Virus record (IMG/VR): IMGVR_UViG_3300045988_062794
DNA: 64,000 nucleotides
Reading direction: 5' to 3' (one strand)
Source: a virus
Shown: one piece after another, positions 38,958-46,653 of the stretch
Position numbering within the stretch: the first letter of the stretch is position 1
How the letters are laid out: each line of letters opens with the position of its first letter
The notes under the pieces: model-generated
Databases searched by the model: none
Told to the model about the DNA's origin: nothing
The model's input: only the letters and a program-made list of their open reading frames with translations
Position numbers and translations under genes: made by a program

Positions 38958-39627
38958 TTTCCTCTACAGCATTCTTGAGAAAGTTTATTAGTTCTCGTCT
39001 AAGCAAGTTAGATCTTAATACTGGATCACCTTTGTATTGCGCTTCTAATGTATATACAAATCTACCATCTCTATCTTTATTCTCTTCTGCTTTATCATCA
39101 TAATTAAAGATTTCTCTATAATAGATCTTGATATTGTCAAGAGAACATTTCTTAATAGCTTTGTTGATTTGCTTATCAGTGAACATATACTTTTGTTCTT
39201 TACTAGAGATAGCGTCACAATCAGCTTTGATAATCTCATTATAGGCATCCATTACTTCCCAAAAGTCGTCTATTAATTTCTGCTTACGAGCTGCTTCAGG
39301 AACAATATCTCCTTCACGGTGTTTACTTATCCAAAGTAAAGCAATAGCATTCCAGGCTACTTGTGCTAGATGCCTACATCCTGTTTCTTCATCAAAGATT
39401 TCATTCTCTGCAGCATACAAGTGTCTAAGTAATGCACCTTTATATCTTTCATAACCGTTTTCTAGATTCTGCCAAGTATTATCATTATACTTCTTAGCAC
39501 CCTCTGTATATACTCTAGCAATATCTTCAAGACAGTCCAATGGCATTAATTCCCATCTTGTTTTATCGTCTTTACGATCGTTCTTCATATCCATCTGGTT
39601 TAGGCATTTTTTGTATTCGTATTGCAT
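38851..39627 (-). CDS. dATP/dGTP diphosphohydrolase-like (DUF5664/PF18909-like N-terminal domain) protein
   Basis: RWELMPLDCLEDIARVYTEGAKKYNDNTWQN…YKGALLRHLYA…DEETGCRHLAQVAWNAIALLWI fits the family pattern as I recall it. Confidence 0.5.
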   Translation of the reverse strand: MQYEYKKCLNQMDMKNDRKDDKTRWELMPLDCLEDIARVYTEGAKKYNDNTWQNLENGYERYKGALLRHLYAAENEIFDEETGCRHLAQVAWNAIALLWISKHREGDIVPEAARKQKLIDDFWEVMDAYNEIIKADCDAISSKEQKYMFTDKQINKAIKKCSLDNIKIYYREIFNYDDKAEENKDRDGRFVYTLEAQYKGDPVLRSNLLRRELINFLKNAVEEIEYERNKHRRETGSDTIESTSDSTVSETDTTGHES

Positions 39628-39961
39628 CTATTTCAGTCTTATTCTCTAGTATAGCTTTACATATCCTGTGATAACCATCACATATTCTACCGTAACTATC
39701 TAGTATAATTGGATATTTAGTATCTGCTTTTTGTATTCGTAAAGAATGAAATATAAAATCATCTAAACATCCAACATCCCAAGGTAAGTGTGATAGATCT
39801 ATGCCAACTAGAGGTAATTTAAATACAGGATATTTCTGTTCTTTACAGTAGGTAATAAGTGTTGATGCATTCCATATTTTACCCTCACATATATATCTAT
39901 TCTCTGTGATTCCAGAGTCTTCAAATATTACTCTTGGGTTCTTGTCTTTCTTTGCTAGCAT
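39572..39961 (-). CDS. ParB/sulfiredoxin-fold-like protein (DGxHR motif)
   Basis: ILDSYGRICDGYHRICKAIL resembles the ParB-like nuclease-domain motif. Confidence 0.35.
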   Translation of the reverse strand: MLAKKDKNPRVIFEDSGITENRYICEGKIWNASTLITYCKEQKYPVFKLPLVGIDLSHLPWDVGCLDDFIFHSLRIQKADTKYPIILDSYGRICDGYHRICKAILENKTEIDAIRIQKMPKPDGYEERS

Positions 39962-40145
39962 ATTTCTTTTTTAGTTTTATTTTAAAAAGATATCCAAACA
40001 TAATAGATTTTGTATCATCATTACTTGCAATTATATTAGAAGCAAATTTAAAAGGATGATTACATATTACTTCTATTACTTGATATGGTATGTTATATTT
40101 ATTAGCTAATTGAGTATATATGCTAGTTCTTTTTTGAGAAGTCAT
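39921..40145 (-). CDS. hypothetical small protein
   Basis: 74-aa ORF in a run of overlapping minus-strand genes. Confidence 0.4.
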   Translation of the reverse strand: MTSQKRTSIYTQLANKYNIPYQVIEVICNHPFKFASNIIASNDDTKSIMFGYLFKIKLKKKYASKERQEPKSNI

Positions 40146-40515
40146 ATACTACTTTATATTCTTTATTCTGGAGTAAATCATCAAAGGATGATGCTGCATC
40201 AATAGAACCCGGTCTAATAGTATTAACTATTATCTTTAAAGTATCAAGTGCTGTGTTATCAGCATATACTTTAATACTTTGTAACTTCTTTGCTTCTTGT
40301 TTAGAATAATCTACTATAGGTTCTAACGCTAACGTATTCTCCTCACTTAAAGGGTTATCCAGAGTAATAGGATAATGTAAAACCGTTTCTGTCTTTATTA
40401 TTATTCCTTTATTGTAGTCTAGTTTCTTACCAAGAAGTTTATTAAACCATATTTTAATCTTAGAGTAATCTTGCCAAAGGATTATAGTACCTGGCTTAAA
40501 TGTTATTATTTTCAT
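40123..40515 (-). CDS. hypothetical protein
   Basis: 130-aa ORF. Confidence 0.5.
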   Translation of the reverse strand: MKIITFKPGTIILWQDYSKIKIWFNKLLGKKLDYNKGIIIKTETVLHYPITLDNPLSEENTLALEPIVDYSKQEAKKLQSIKVYADNTALDTLKIIVNTIRPGSIDAASSFDDLLQNKEYKVVYDFSKKN

Positions 40516-40876
40516 GTATTCTAATTATGATGGTTACTTGAACTCTGTCTCCGATGATCTCTGGTATTAGAGCTTTATTAACACTTAATTCATCTTCGGC
40601 AGGACCTGCAATTAGAATTCCTTTTTCTTTGAAAGCTTTAATGTACCGACTTAGATTATCCTTAGTAATACCTAATGTTTGAATTATATGCTTTCTATTC
40701 TGTCTATTAGCTATATTCTTGTGTTCATTAGGTAGTTTATTATAATTAATGTCTAATCTAATTAACTCAGCCATTAATTCTAGTTCCCTGTCCGTAAGCC
40801 GAAGTATGCCATTAAGTGATGTTAAGAACTCTGTAATAAGATCATCCTTATTTACAGTCTTAACTAATTTATTCAT
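40496..40876 (-). CDS. winged-helix/HTH DNA-binding protein (putative regulator)
   Basis: IIQTLGITKDNLSRYIKAFKEKGILI looks like an HTH recognition unit. Confidence 0.4.
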   Translation of the reverse strand: MNKLVKTVNKDDLITEFLTSLNGILRLTDRELELMAELIRLDINYNKLPNEHKNIANRQNRKHIIQTLGITKDNLSRYIKAFKEKGILIAGPAEDELSVNKALIPEIIGDRVQVTIIIRIHENNNI

Positions 40877-41318
40877 TGTCTTCCTTGTCTACATCTAAGA
40901 TCTGCTGAATAGCATTAATAAGTTTCAACAGATTTTGGTTTACTGTTTCAGATTCTAATTTCAAACAAGGTTGAATCTTACCTTCTTCAAAATCCTTTCT
41001 TACTTTATCCAGATTACCTTCATATTTGGTTTTGCAATCATTGATAAAAGCTTCCAATGCAATCAACTTCAGTTCAGCAATAGTAGGTAATGTTTCTTCT
41101 TCTACTTCAGCAACTTCTGAACCATACGGTTCCAAATTGCCACCTTTTACTAATGCGTCAACATATTCTTCGTTAATAGACATAAAACGAGAATTAGTAC
41201 CTTTCTTTGTAGTTTTAGTGTCTTCCATTACAAATTCTCTATCATCAGAGTCGAAATTAAAGATATCACCAATCTTTGCACAACCAAAAGGTTTAATTAC
41301 TTTATAAGCTACGTTCAT
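40869..41318 (-). CDS. hypothetical acidic protein
   Basis: 149-aa ORF. Confidence 0.5.
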   Translation of the reverse strand: MNVAYKVIKPFGCAKIGDIFNFDSDDREFVMEDTKTTKKGTNSRFMSINEEYVDALVKGGNLEPYGSEVAEVEEETLPTIAELKLIALEAFINDCKTKYEGNLDKVRKDFEEGKIQPCLKLESETVNQNLLKLINAIQQILDVDKEDNE

Positions 41319-41319
41319 A

Positions 41320-41619
41320 TTATTTACTTATTTGTTTAACCATTAATTCTACCCACTTGTTAATATCAAACTTTGTATCACCTTCCTTAATCACTGTATC
41401 GCCGTCTGTAGTATACTGCTTTGGTTGATTCATGATCATATATGCATTCATTAAATCTTGTAAAGATACTGTTATTTTGTAAGCATTTGTTTTAGATGGG
41501 GAATGCATATCTTTAGGTATGAACAAATTGTATTGACCATTAGGTAGTTTTTCTATCCATTCTGATAGACCACTCATGTTAATGAGGTTATCTATCAAGC
41601 TATTATTTTCAATGTTCAT
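41320..41619 (-). CDS. hypothetical protein
   Basis: 99-aa ORF. Confidence 0.5.
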   Translation of the reverse strand: MNIENNSLIDNLINMSGLSEWIEKLPNGQYNLFIPKDMHSPSKTNAYKITVSLQDLMNAYMIMNQPKQYTTDGDTVIKEGDTKFDINKWVELMVKQISK

Positions 41620-41663
41620 GATTATATAACGCGTATGATTTATTTTTGTTGTAATTTTTATGC

Positions 41664-41693
41664 AATAAAAAAGCCCCTAATTTCTTAGGAGCT
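41664..41693 (-). terminator. intrinsic terminator-like hairpin
   Basis: agcccctaa-tttc-ttaggagct pairs at 8 of 9 positions. The plus-strand A-run 41664-41671 precedes it. Confidence 0.45.
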
Positions 41694-41715
41694 AATTTAT
41701 AAAAATGAAAAAAGC

Positions 41716-42102
41716 CTATTTGTTTTTACTAATGAAAGCTACCACATTGTATGGATTTACTAATTGACTATCTTTAAAGAGATCAAAATGTGCAGCAGCT
41801 TTAGAAGGATACGCTACAATATCACCTACTTCAGGATGATTCTCTTTATCTTGCCATTCATAATTTGAAGGGATTGCTAATACTACACCCTTTCTAAAGG
41901 TAGTAGGTACTTTCTTTACTTCTGTTTTAGTATCATACTTGTCAATACCATCTACATCTTTCTTACCAGTTGGTATTGGTTCTGAGATCTCTTTCTCAAT
42001 ATATTCTTCAGGTAACGGTTTAACTAAAATGTCCCGAGTAAACGAATACTCTACTTTTTCTAGTACCTGATCCAGTAATATATTATCTTTATTCTCTGCC
42101 AT
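41716..42102 (-). CDS. GroES/gp31-like co-chaperonin (tentative)
   Basis: The pattern ILVKPL…(long loop)…KGVVLAIP…VGDIVAYP…YNVVAFI mimics the Cpn10 beta-barrel layout. Confidence 0.3.
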   Translation of the reverse strand: MAENKDNILLDQVLEKVEYSFTRDILVKPLPEEYIEKEISEPIPTGKKDVDGIDKYDTKTEVKKVPTTFRKGVVLAIPSNYEWQDKENHPEVGDIVAYPSKAAAHFDLFKDSQLVNPYNVVAFISKNK

Positions 42103-42150
42103 AATCCTTATTTTTGCTGTTAAAACGCGTTATAATGCAAATTGTTCCTT

Positions 42151-42396
42151 TTAAAAGTTACTATATTTCAGTATATTTCCTCCAGTACAGCAGATATTTA
42201 GTGCTAACTGTGGACAGTGTTCCCTATCTTCAAATGCACAATTATCGCAACTACCATTATTTTGTGGGTGTATTATGTATTCTATACCGTCAATAGTAAC
42301 AAAACCTTTTAAGATAGCTTCTTTAGCTTCTGGTTCTCCCATATTAGTCATAATATTCAAATTCATCATCTGAGTATAAATCCTCAAACTCATCAT
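42151..42396 (-). CDS. hypothetical small Cys-containing protein
   Basis: 81-aa ORF. The true start may be an internal Met. Confidence 0.4.
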   Translation of the reverse strand: MMSLRIYTQMMNLNIMTNMGEPEAKEAILKGFVTIDGIEYIIHPQNNGSCDNCAFEDREHCPQLALNICCTGGNILKYSNF

Positions 42397-42539
42397 AAAA
42401 ATAGAAATCTTCCATATACTATTACTTTAGATATTAGTAGTATAATCCAGAGTAAGGAGTAATGGTTGATATTACTTACTATCTCTATATATACTCTCCT
42501 ATCTCTCTACTCTAGACATAGAGAGTAACGAAATATATA

Positions 42540-42716
42540 TTAATTTTGTTCTATTTCTATCAAATATTTGTGCAATATGTCACTCTTATTATCTCCTTTA
42601 TTAGCGTATTTTACTACTTTATACTTAGCGTTTCTACCAATAACAGGCCAATATTCTGTTGTATAATACTCTTCTATTACTTCTTTTTCTCTATTTGATT
42701 TACAATTTTTTAACAT
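42540..42716 (-). CDS. hypothetical small protein (58 aa, below the ORF-track cutoff)
   Basis: Hand translation gives MLKNCKSNREKEVIEEYYTTEYWPVIGRNAKYKVVKYANKGDNKSDILHKYLIEIEQN. Confidence 0.3.
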   Translation of the reverse strand: MLKNCKSNREKEVIEEYYTTEYWPVIGRNAKYKVVKYANKGDNKSDILHKYLIEIEQN

Positions 42717-42736
42717 CTTTTAACTATATTTAACTA

Positions 42737-42967
42737 TTATACAAAACTCATACTATCATGAGTACCATTTGTGTTCTTACAAAAGAGTTCACAGCCTGTC
42801 ATATATTCTGATATAAGCTCCCCTGGTGTATCTGTTTCTTCTATATAAATCTCTAAGATATCACCATTTTCATATACTTTTTGATATGTTTTATAGCTCC
42901 AATCTCCTACTTTATTATCTTTTACTTTGGTAAAACCGTGCTGTTCTAACCACTCTGAGCGTGTCAT
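42737..42967 (-). CDS. hypothetical small protein (first gene of the minus-strand block)
   Basis: 76-aa ORF adjacent to the divergent switch region. Confidence 0.5.
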   Translation of the reverse strand: MTRSEWLEQHGFTKVKDNKVGDWSYKTYQKVYENGDILEIYIEETDTPGELISEYMTGCELFCKNTNGTHDSMSFV

Positions 42968-43183
42968 TTTAACATTATTTAATTATTTTTAACATATAGC
43001 TTCTAACGTACACATAAAATTTTTGTTAAAAATATGTAAAAAATAAAAATTGAGCGCAAGGAGAAATTTGAGAGAGCGGGAAGTAGTATATAATTGCCCT
43101 CCCCCTATCATAAGTGAAAGGAAAGTCCCCCGGGGGTTCTCAATGCATCAAGCTGTGTTTTGGGCTTGTTATTTGCTTTAATA

Positions 43184-43233
43184 ATGCATCAAATTGGTTA
43201 ACTTATTTGTTTATTGTGATTATTAACGTTTCA
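43184..43233 (+). promoter_or_regulatory. conserved early-promoter-like motif, copy A
   Basis: ATGCATCAA…N20…ATTGTGA in the same register as copies B and C, about 65 nt upstream of 43297. An extra ATGCATCAAG box sits at 43143. Confidence 0.4.
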
Positions 43234-43296
43234 GCCACAGCGGAAGGCGGTTGTGGTGTAGTACTACTACTGAAGGGTAGATAGCCGAGAAGAAAG

Positions 43297-43704
43297 ATGA
43301 AGTGCGCAATCATGGAGTTGGAAGCAAAACAAGCAAGTAATGGTAACTGGTATGTGAACATCACAGCACAGCCAGAGAACGATCCATTTGCTGAAGAGTT
43401 ACACTACCGTATGTGGTGTAGCGAAGCGTTAGCTGAGAAGCTAACAGCTAAGAAACCAGCGTCTATCGAACTAAGACGAGTTAGTGTTAAGGTTGAGCAG
43501 TTCCAACGGGTTGATGATGACGGTACAATCAAGCCACAAGTGTTCAACACCTTGTCTGTGGTGGTACGTCAGTTCCAGAATGCAGATGTAGATGACCCAA
43601 CAGTCATGGCTGAGAAGCTGCGTTCATCTCTGTTGAAGGACGGTAAGATCTGTGATGTCCAGACAGATGACTTTGACGGTGCTACTGGTGACATTCCTGA
43701 GTGA
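43297..43704 (+). CDS. early protein, SSB-like acidic tail (paralogue of 44534..45154)
   Basis: MKC..(E/H)… N-terminal similarity to 44534..45154. The C-terminus DDFDGATGDIPE resembles the acidic D-I-P tip of bacterial SSB. Confidence 0.35.
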   Translation: MKCAIMELEAKQASNGNWYVNITAQPENDPFAEELHYRMWCSEALAEKLTAKKPASIELRRVSVKVEQFQRVDDDGTIKPQVFNTLSVVVRQFQNADVDDPTVMAEKLRSSLLKDGKICDVQTDDFDGATGDIPE

Positions 43705-43743
43705 GAGTAAGGGCTTCGGCCCTTCTCTTCATTCTTTTGTTTT
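43703..43743 (+). terminator. intrinsic terminator
   Basis: aagggc-TTCG-gccctt with an extended gagag/ctctt stem, then attcttttgtttt. Confidence 0.6.
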
Positions 43744-43750
43744 CTACGAC

Positions 43751-43800
43751 ATGCATCAAGTCCTTTTCCCTCTTAGCAGATTGTGAGGAGTATATTATAA
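43751..43800 (+). promoter_or_regulatory. conserved early-promoter-like motif, copy B
   Basis: 38 of 50 ungapped identities with copy C: ATGCATCAAGT…CCCT.TTAGCAGATTGTGAGGAGTATATTATA. Confidence 0.5.
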
Positions 43801-44072
43801 AGTGTATATTTCTCATCATATTTATATTTATTTATATTCTTATGCCTAAACAGGTGATATTAGCCAGTATCATCGCTTTAAGTAAGAGTGTAGGCTAGTA
43901 GAGAACGGCATCTCTACGAAATCAGTAGCTATTGGTTAAACCTCTTTAGAAAAGGACTACTGAGCTATTATCCTTTGATAGCAAGCTTGATACCGAGTGA
44001 CTCTCGGTTGCATGTCGTAAAGACCAGGTAGGTGGTATAGTCAACTGCATCTAGACTACCTGGTTTACTTTT
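43801..44072 (+). ncRNA. candidate small structured RNA (promoter motif B to terminator, no convincing ORF)
   Basis: Five consecutive hairpins at 43898-43917, 43923-43961, 43964-43982, 43992-44008 and 44023-44063. The last is followed by ttacttttg. Confidence 0.35.
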
Positions 44073-44099
44073 GATTATTAATCAATAAAATTATATATT

Positions 44100-44282
44100 A
44101 TGATAGCAGTGGTAAGATGCTATAAGCACATAACTCCGGTAATTGTTACAGTATTTGAAAAAAACGATGAACAAACTCAGAAAGATGCTCTAGAAATGGC
44201 TACTATCTTAAGTAGAAGAGACAACTGTGAGTATAGAGTAATGGTAGAGTATTGGGTTGCGTTTGGTACTCCAGCAAAGTAA
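44100..44282 (+). CDS. hypothetical small protein
   Basis: 60-aa ATG-initiated ORF followed by a terminator-like hairpin. Confidence 0.4.
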   Translation: MIAVVRCYKHITPVIVTVFEKNDEQTQKDALEMATILSRRDNCEYRVMVEYWVAFGTPAK

Positions 44283-44291
44283 GCTATTTAT

Positions 44292-44328
44292 AAGGTGTTG
44301 GTTTTGCCTTCACCTTATTTACTTTCTT
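44292..44328 (+). terminator. intrinsic terminator-like hairpin
   Basis: aaggtg…cacctt (44292-44316) followed by atttactttctt. Confidence 0.45.
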
Positions 44329-44331
44329 ATA

Positions 44332-44381
44332 ATGCACCAAGTTAATTACCCTTTTAGCATATTGTGCGAGATATAGTATAC
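44332..44381 (+). promoter_or_regulatory. conserved early-promoter-like motif, copy C
   Basis: ATGCACCAAGT…CCCTTTTAGCATATTGTGCGAGATATAGTATA lies 150 nt upstream of 44534. The leader hairpin gaggatt/aatcctc follows. Confidence 0.5.
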
Positions 44382-44533
44382 TTATAAGCGTACGAGAGTA
44401 TTAGAGTATGAGGATTAGATAATCCTCACCTTTCATCTTTTTCATCTCTTTCTCTTATTACTCTTTACGCCTATATATAATATATAGCGTATCATAGACA
44501 ATTAAACAATTAAACAACTAAATTATCAAAATT

Positions 44534-45154
44534 ATGAAATGTGACATTTTAGCTCATGAATTTAACACAGCTGAGAACGGTAATAGATACTGTAAGCTGG
44601 AAGTACGTCAATCTGGTGACGAATTCGGTAGAACATTCAATTATGTAATGTTTATTACTGATGCAATGGAAGCAGCTTTAGAAGCTAAGTTTCCGAAGTT
44701 TATCTACCTACAAGAGGTACGTGTAAAGGCACCTAAACCCTTTTATAGAGTTTGGGAGACTGATGGACCTGGTCATGCTCAGGGTGAGTTTGTTACTCGG
44801 CCTAATAGAGAAGATCCTGATAATCCTATAATGATTGTATTTGAGGATATCAAAGTTATTATTAGAACTATGCCTGATGGTTCACCCGCAAGAGGTGAAG
44901 ATGCGCAGAAATTAGCTGAATCAAGCTATTATAGAGGTATTAGTATGAATACTATTGTACCTATAGATGCGTATGATGATGGTGATACTGATAACAATAT
45001 TGGTGCTACAAATACAGGAGCTGATCCATTTGCTGGGGCATCTACAGCTGGTGATGGTGATATACCTGAAACCGCTACAGATCCAGCAGAACAACCTACG
45101 CAACAACCCGCTGGTAGACCGACTGGTAGACCTGGCGTAACAATTAGACGTTAA
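44534..45154 (+). CDS. early protein, SSB-like (paralogue of 43297..43704) with extended acidic/Pro-rich tail
   Basis: The N-terminal ~75 aa are collinear with 43297..43704. The tail contains GDGDIPETATDPAEQP. Confidence 0.35.
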   Translation: MKCDILAHEFNTAENGNRYCKLEVRQSGDEFGRTFNYVMFITDAMEAALEAKFPKFIYLQEVRVKAPKPFYRVWETDGPGHAQGEFVTRPNREDPDNPIMIVFEDIKVIIRTMPDGSPARGEDAQKLAESSYYRGISMNTIVPIDAYDDGDTDNNIGATNTGADPFAGASTAGDGDIPETATDPAEQPTQQPAGRPTGRPGVTIRR

Positions 45155-45168
45155 TAATCATGAGAATG

Positions 45169-45200
45169 GCTGGTCTTAGTGATCAGCTGTTCTTTTTTTC
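45169..45200 (+). terminator. intrinsic terminator
   Basis: gctggtc-ttagt-gatcagc followed by tgttcttttttt. Confidence 0.7.
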
Positions 45201-45231
45201 AATTTACAAACGATAATCTGTATATTGTAAT

Positions 45232-45432
45232 ATGAGACAGTTAAATTCATTAGAAGAAAATGCTTTAAAGATTTCAAAATACTCTACAATAGCATTTGTT
45301 ATATTCTTCTTTTTCTTTATAGGCTTTGTTGCAGAGTCTGTACGCCCTTTATACATATTGGGTGGACTAATGCTTATAGTATGGAAATACATAGCATACG
45401 TTGCTATAAAAGATCTATTACATATTAATTAG
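45232..45432 (+). CDS. small membrane protein (two hydrophobic segments)
   Basis: 66 aa containing IAFVIFFFFFIGFV and LYILGGLMLIVW. I prefer it over the antisense ORF 45204..45392 because of strand context. Confidence 0.45.
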   Translation: MRQLNSLEENALKISKYSTIAFVIFFFFFIGFVAESVRPLYILGGLMLIVWKYIAYVAIKDLLHIN

Positions 45433-45434
45433 TC

Positions 45435-45659
45435 ATGAGTAAGAAGAAATATCACAAGCAAAATTGCAATAGCTCAGTACGTGCTGTTGTACATTTAGGT
45501 AATGAAATTATTTCATTAATAGGGACACATGCCTTTGAATGGTCTATTGTAAAACAGACTAAGAATAAGGTAAACATTCTCACATTCTCTAATAGAGAAA
45601 TGGCTGTTAAGGATTTTGAAAAATACAAGAACTTAGAGCATGAAAGCGGAAAGAGGTAG
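45435..45659 (+). CDS. hypothetical small protein
   Basis: 74-aa ORF. Confidence 0.45.
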   Translation: MSKKKYHKQNCNSSVRAVVHLGNEIISLIGTHAFEWSIVKQTKNKVNILTFSNREMAVKDFEKYKNLEHESGKR

Positions 45660-45882
45660 TTTAATTCAGCAATTAATAGGTAGAAAAATAACTATTATAA
45701 GCTGTAATTTAGTCGGTACAGTTATATATGCAGAGATTGCTAAACAGAGTAGATCTGTAAATATACTATTAAGGGTTAAAAGACTTGATAAATTGTCCTA
45801 TAAGAGCATTACAGAAGATAAAGAGATATCTCTTAGTCTTACAGGCTTATTAAAGGATGTCAGGTTACATGCCTTAATATAA
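45640..45882 (+). CDS. hypothetical small protein
   Basis: 80-aa ORF overlapping the previous gene by 20 nt. Confidence 0.45.
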   Translation: MKAERGSLIQQLIGRKITIISCNLVGTVIYAEIAKQSRSVNILLRVKRLDKLSYKSITEDKEISLSLTGLLKDVRLHALI

Positions 45883-46073
45883 CTTTTATTGAACTAATTA
45901 TTCATTAAAAGACATAGTCTTATAGAAAGACAATATCCGAATTAACTTGTTGAATATGTAAATTATAGACTCTATCTCGGATAACATGTGAATGGACTAG
46001 AGATTATCTTAACCAGAGTAAGATTTGCTTGACGGCATTATATCATTACTCTGGTTATTTTAAACTAATCAAC

Positions 46074-46370
46074 ATGAAAAAGTATCACAGACTACGATTA
46101 CTCAGTAATCTCATTGAGATAATTGAAATGATATTGTTCATACTATGGGGATTATCAATATTATTTATTGAATCATTCATAGGTCTTCTCATCTATTATA
46201 TGGTAGGCATCATACCTATCTTATTTATTTGGCGAAAACATATAGTTAAAAAGCATTTAAAAAAGAAAATATATGCTACTATTTGTATTTTTAACAGGTT
46301 GCTTATTGATAGCATATCTGTACTACGTGCTCACAATAAGAGCAAAAAAGAGGAAAAAGCTTTTAAATAG
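46074..46370 (+). CDS. small membrane protein
   Basis: I prefer the ATG at 46074 over the TTG at 46029 because 46011-46056 forms an 11-bp hairpin. The hydrophobic core is ILFILWGLSILFIESFIGLLIYYMVGIIPILFIW. Confidence 0.45.
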   Translation: MKKYHRLRLLSNLIEIIEMILFILWGLSILFIESFIGLLIYYMVGIIPILFIWRKHIVKKHLKKKIYATICIFNRLLIDSISVLRAHNKSKKEEKAFK

Positions 46371-46647
46371 GGTTCATAGAGTATTAAATATGTTATATGC
46401 TTCTAAAAACTCTATTGAAAACACAGAAGATCTTTCCGATATACGATTCTATGTTAATAGATTAGGATCTTATATTAATCTAATTGAAGCTGATATATTT
46501 GATTCAGAAAGACTTGCAAATTACTATCAAGAGTATATGGAAGCTTTAAAAGAATATGAAAGTATTTCTGCAGTAAAGAGAATAGCATTAGCTCATACTC
46601 GATACTGTATTAGTAAATTAGAAGAATACGAGAGAACTCTTAATTGA
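46273..46647 (+). CDS. N-terminally membrane-anchored protein
   Basis: The TM segment LLFVFLTGCLLIAYLYYVLTI is followed by RAKKRKK. It overlaps the previous ORF by 98 nt. Confidence 0.5.
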   Translation: MLLFVFLTGCLLIAYLYYVLTIRAKKRKKLLNRVHRVLNMLYASKNSIENTEDLSDIRFYVNRLGSYINLIEADIFDSERLANYYQEYMEALKEYESISAVKRIALAHTRYCISKLEEYERTLN

Positions 46648-46653
46648 TATAAT

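Noticed and set aside
1-42967. Possible stop-codon reassignment (TAG or TGA recoding), as reported for some crAss-like phages
   Set aside because: The late genes, including the 1489-aa, 1454-aa, 859-aa and 686-aa ORFs, are uninterrupted under the standard code. There is no sign of in-frame stop recoding in this window.
43701-43898. 65-aa plus-strand ORF MRVRASALLFILLF…
   Set aside because: It starts inside the stop and terminator of the upstream gene and reads through the terminator hairpin and the conserved promoter-like motif. The hydrophobic, low-complexity translation is probably spurious.
44921-45392. Antisense ORFs 44921..45106 and 45204..45392
   Set aside because: They run opposite to the uniformly plus-strand early block. 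The first lies inside a paralogue-supported gene, and the second competes with a more plausible plus-strand membrane protein.
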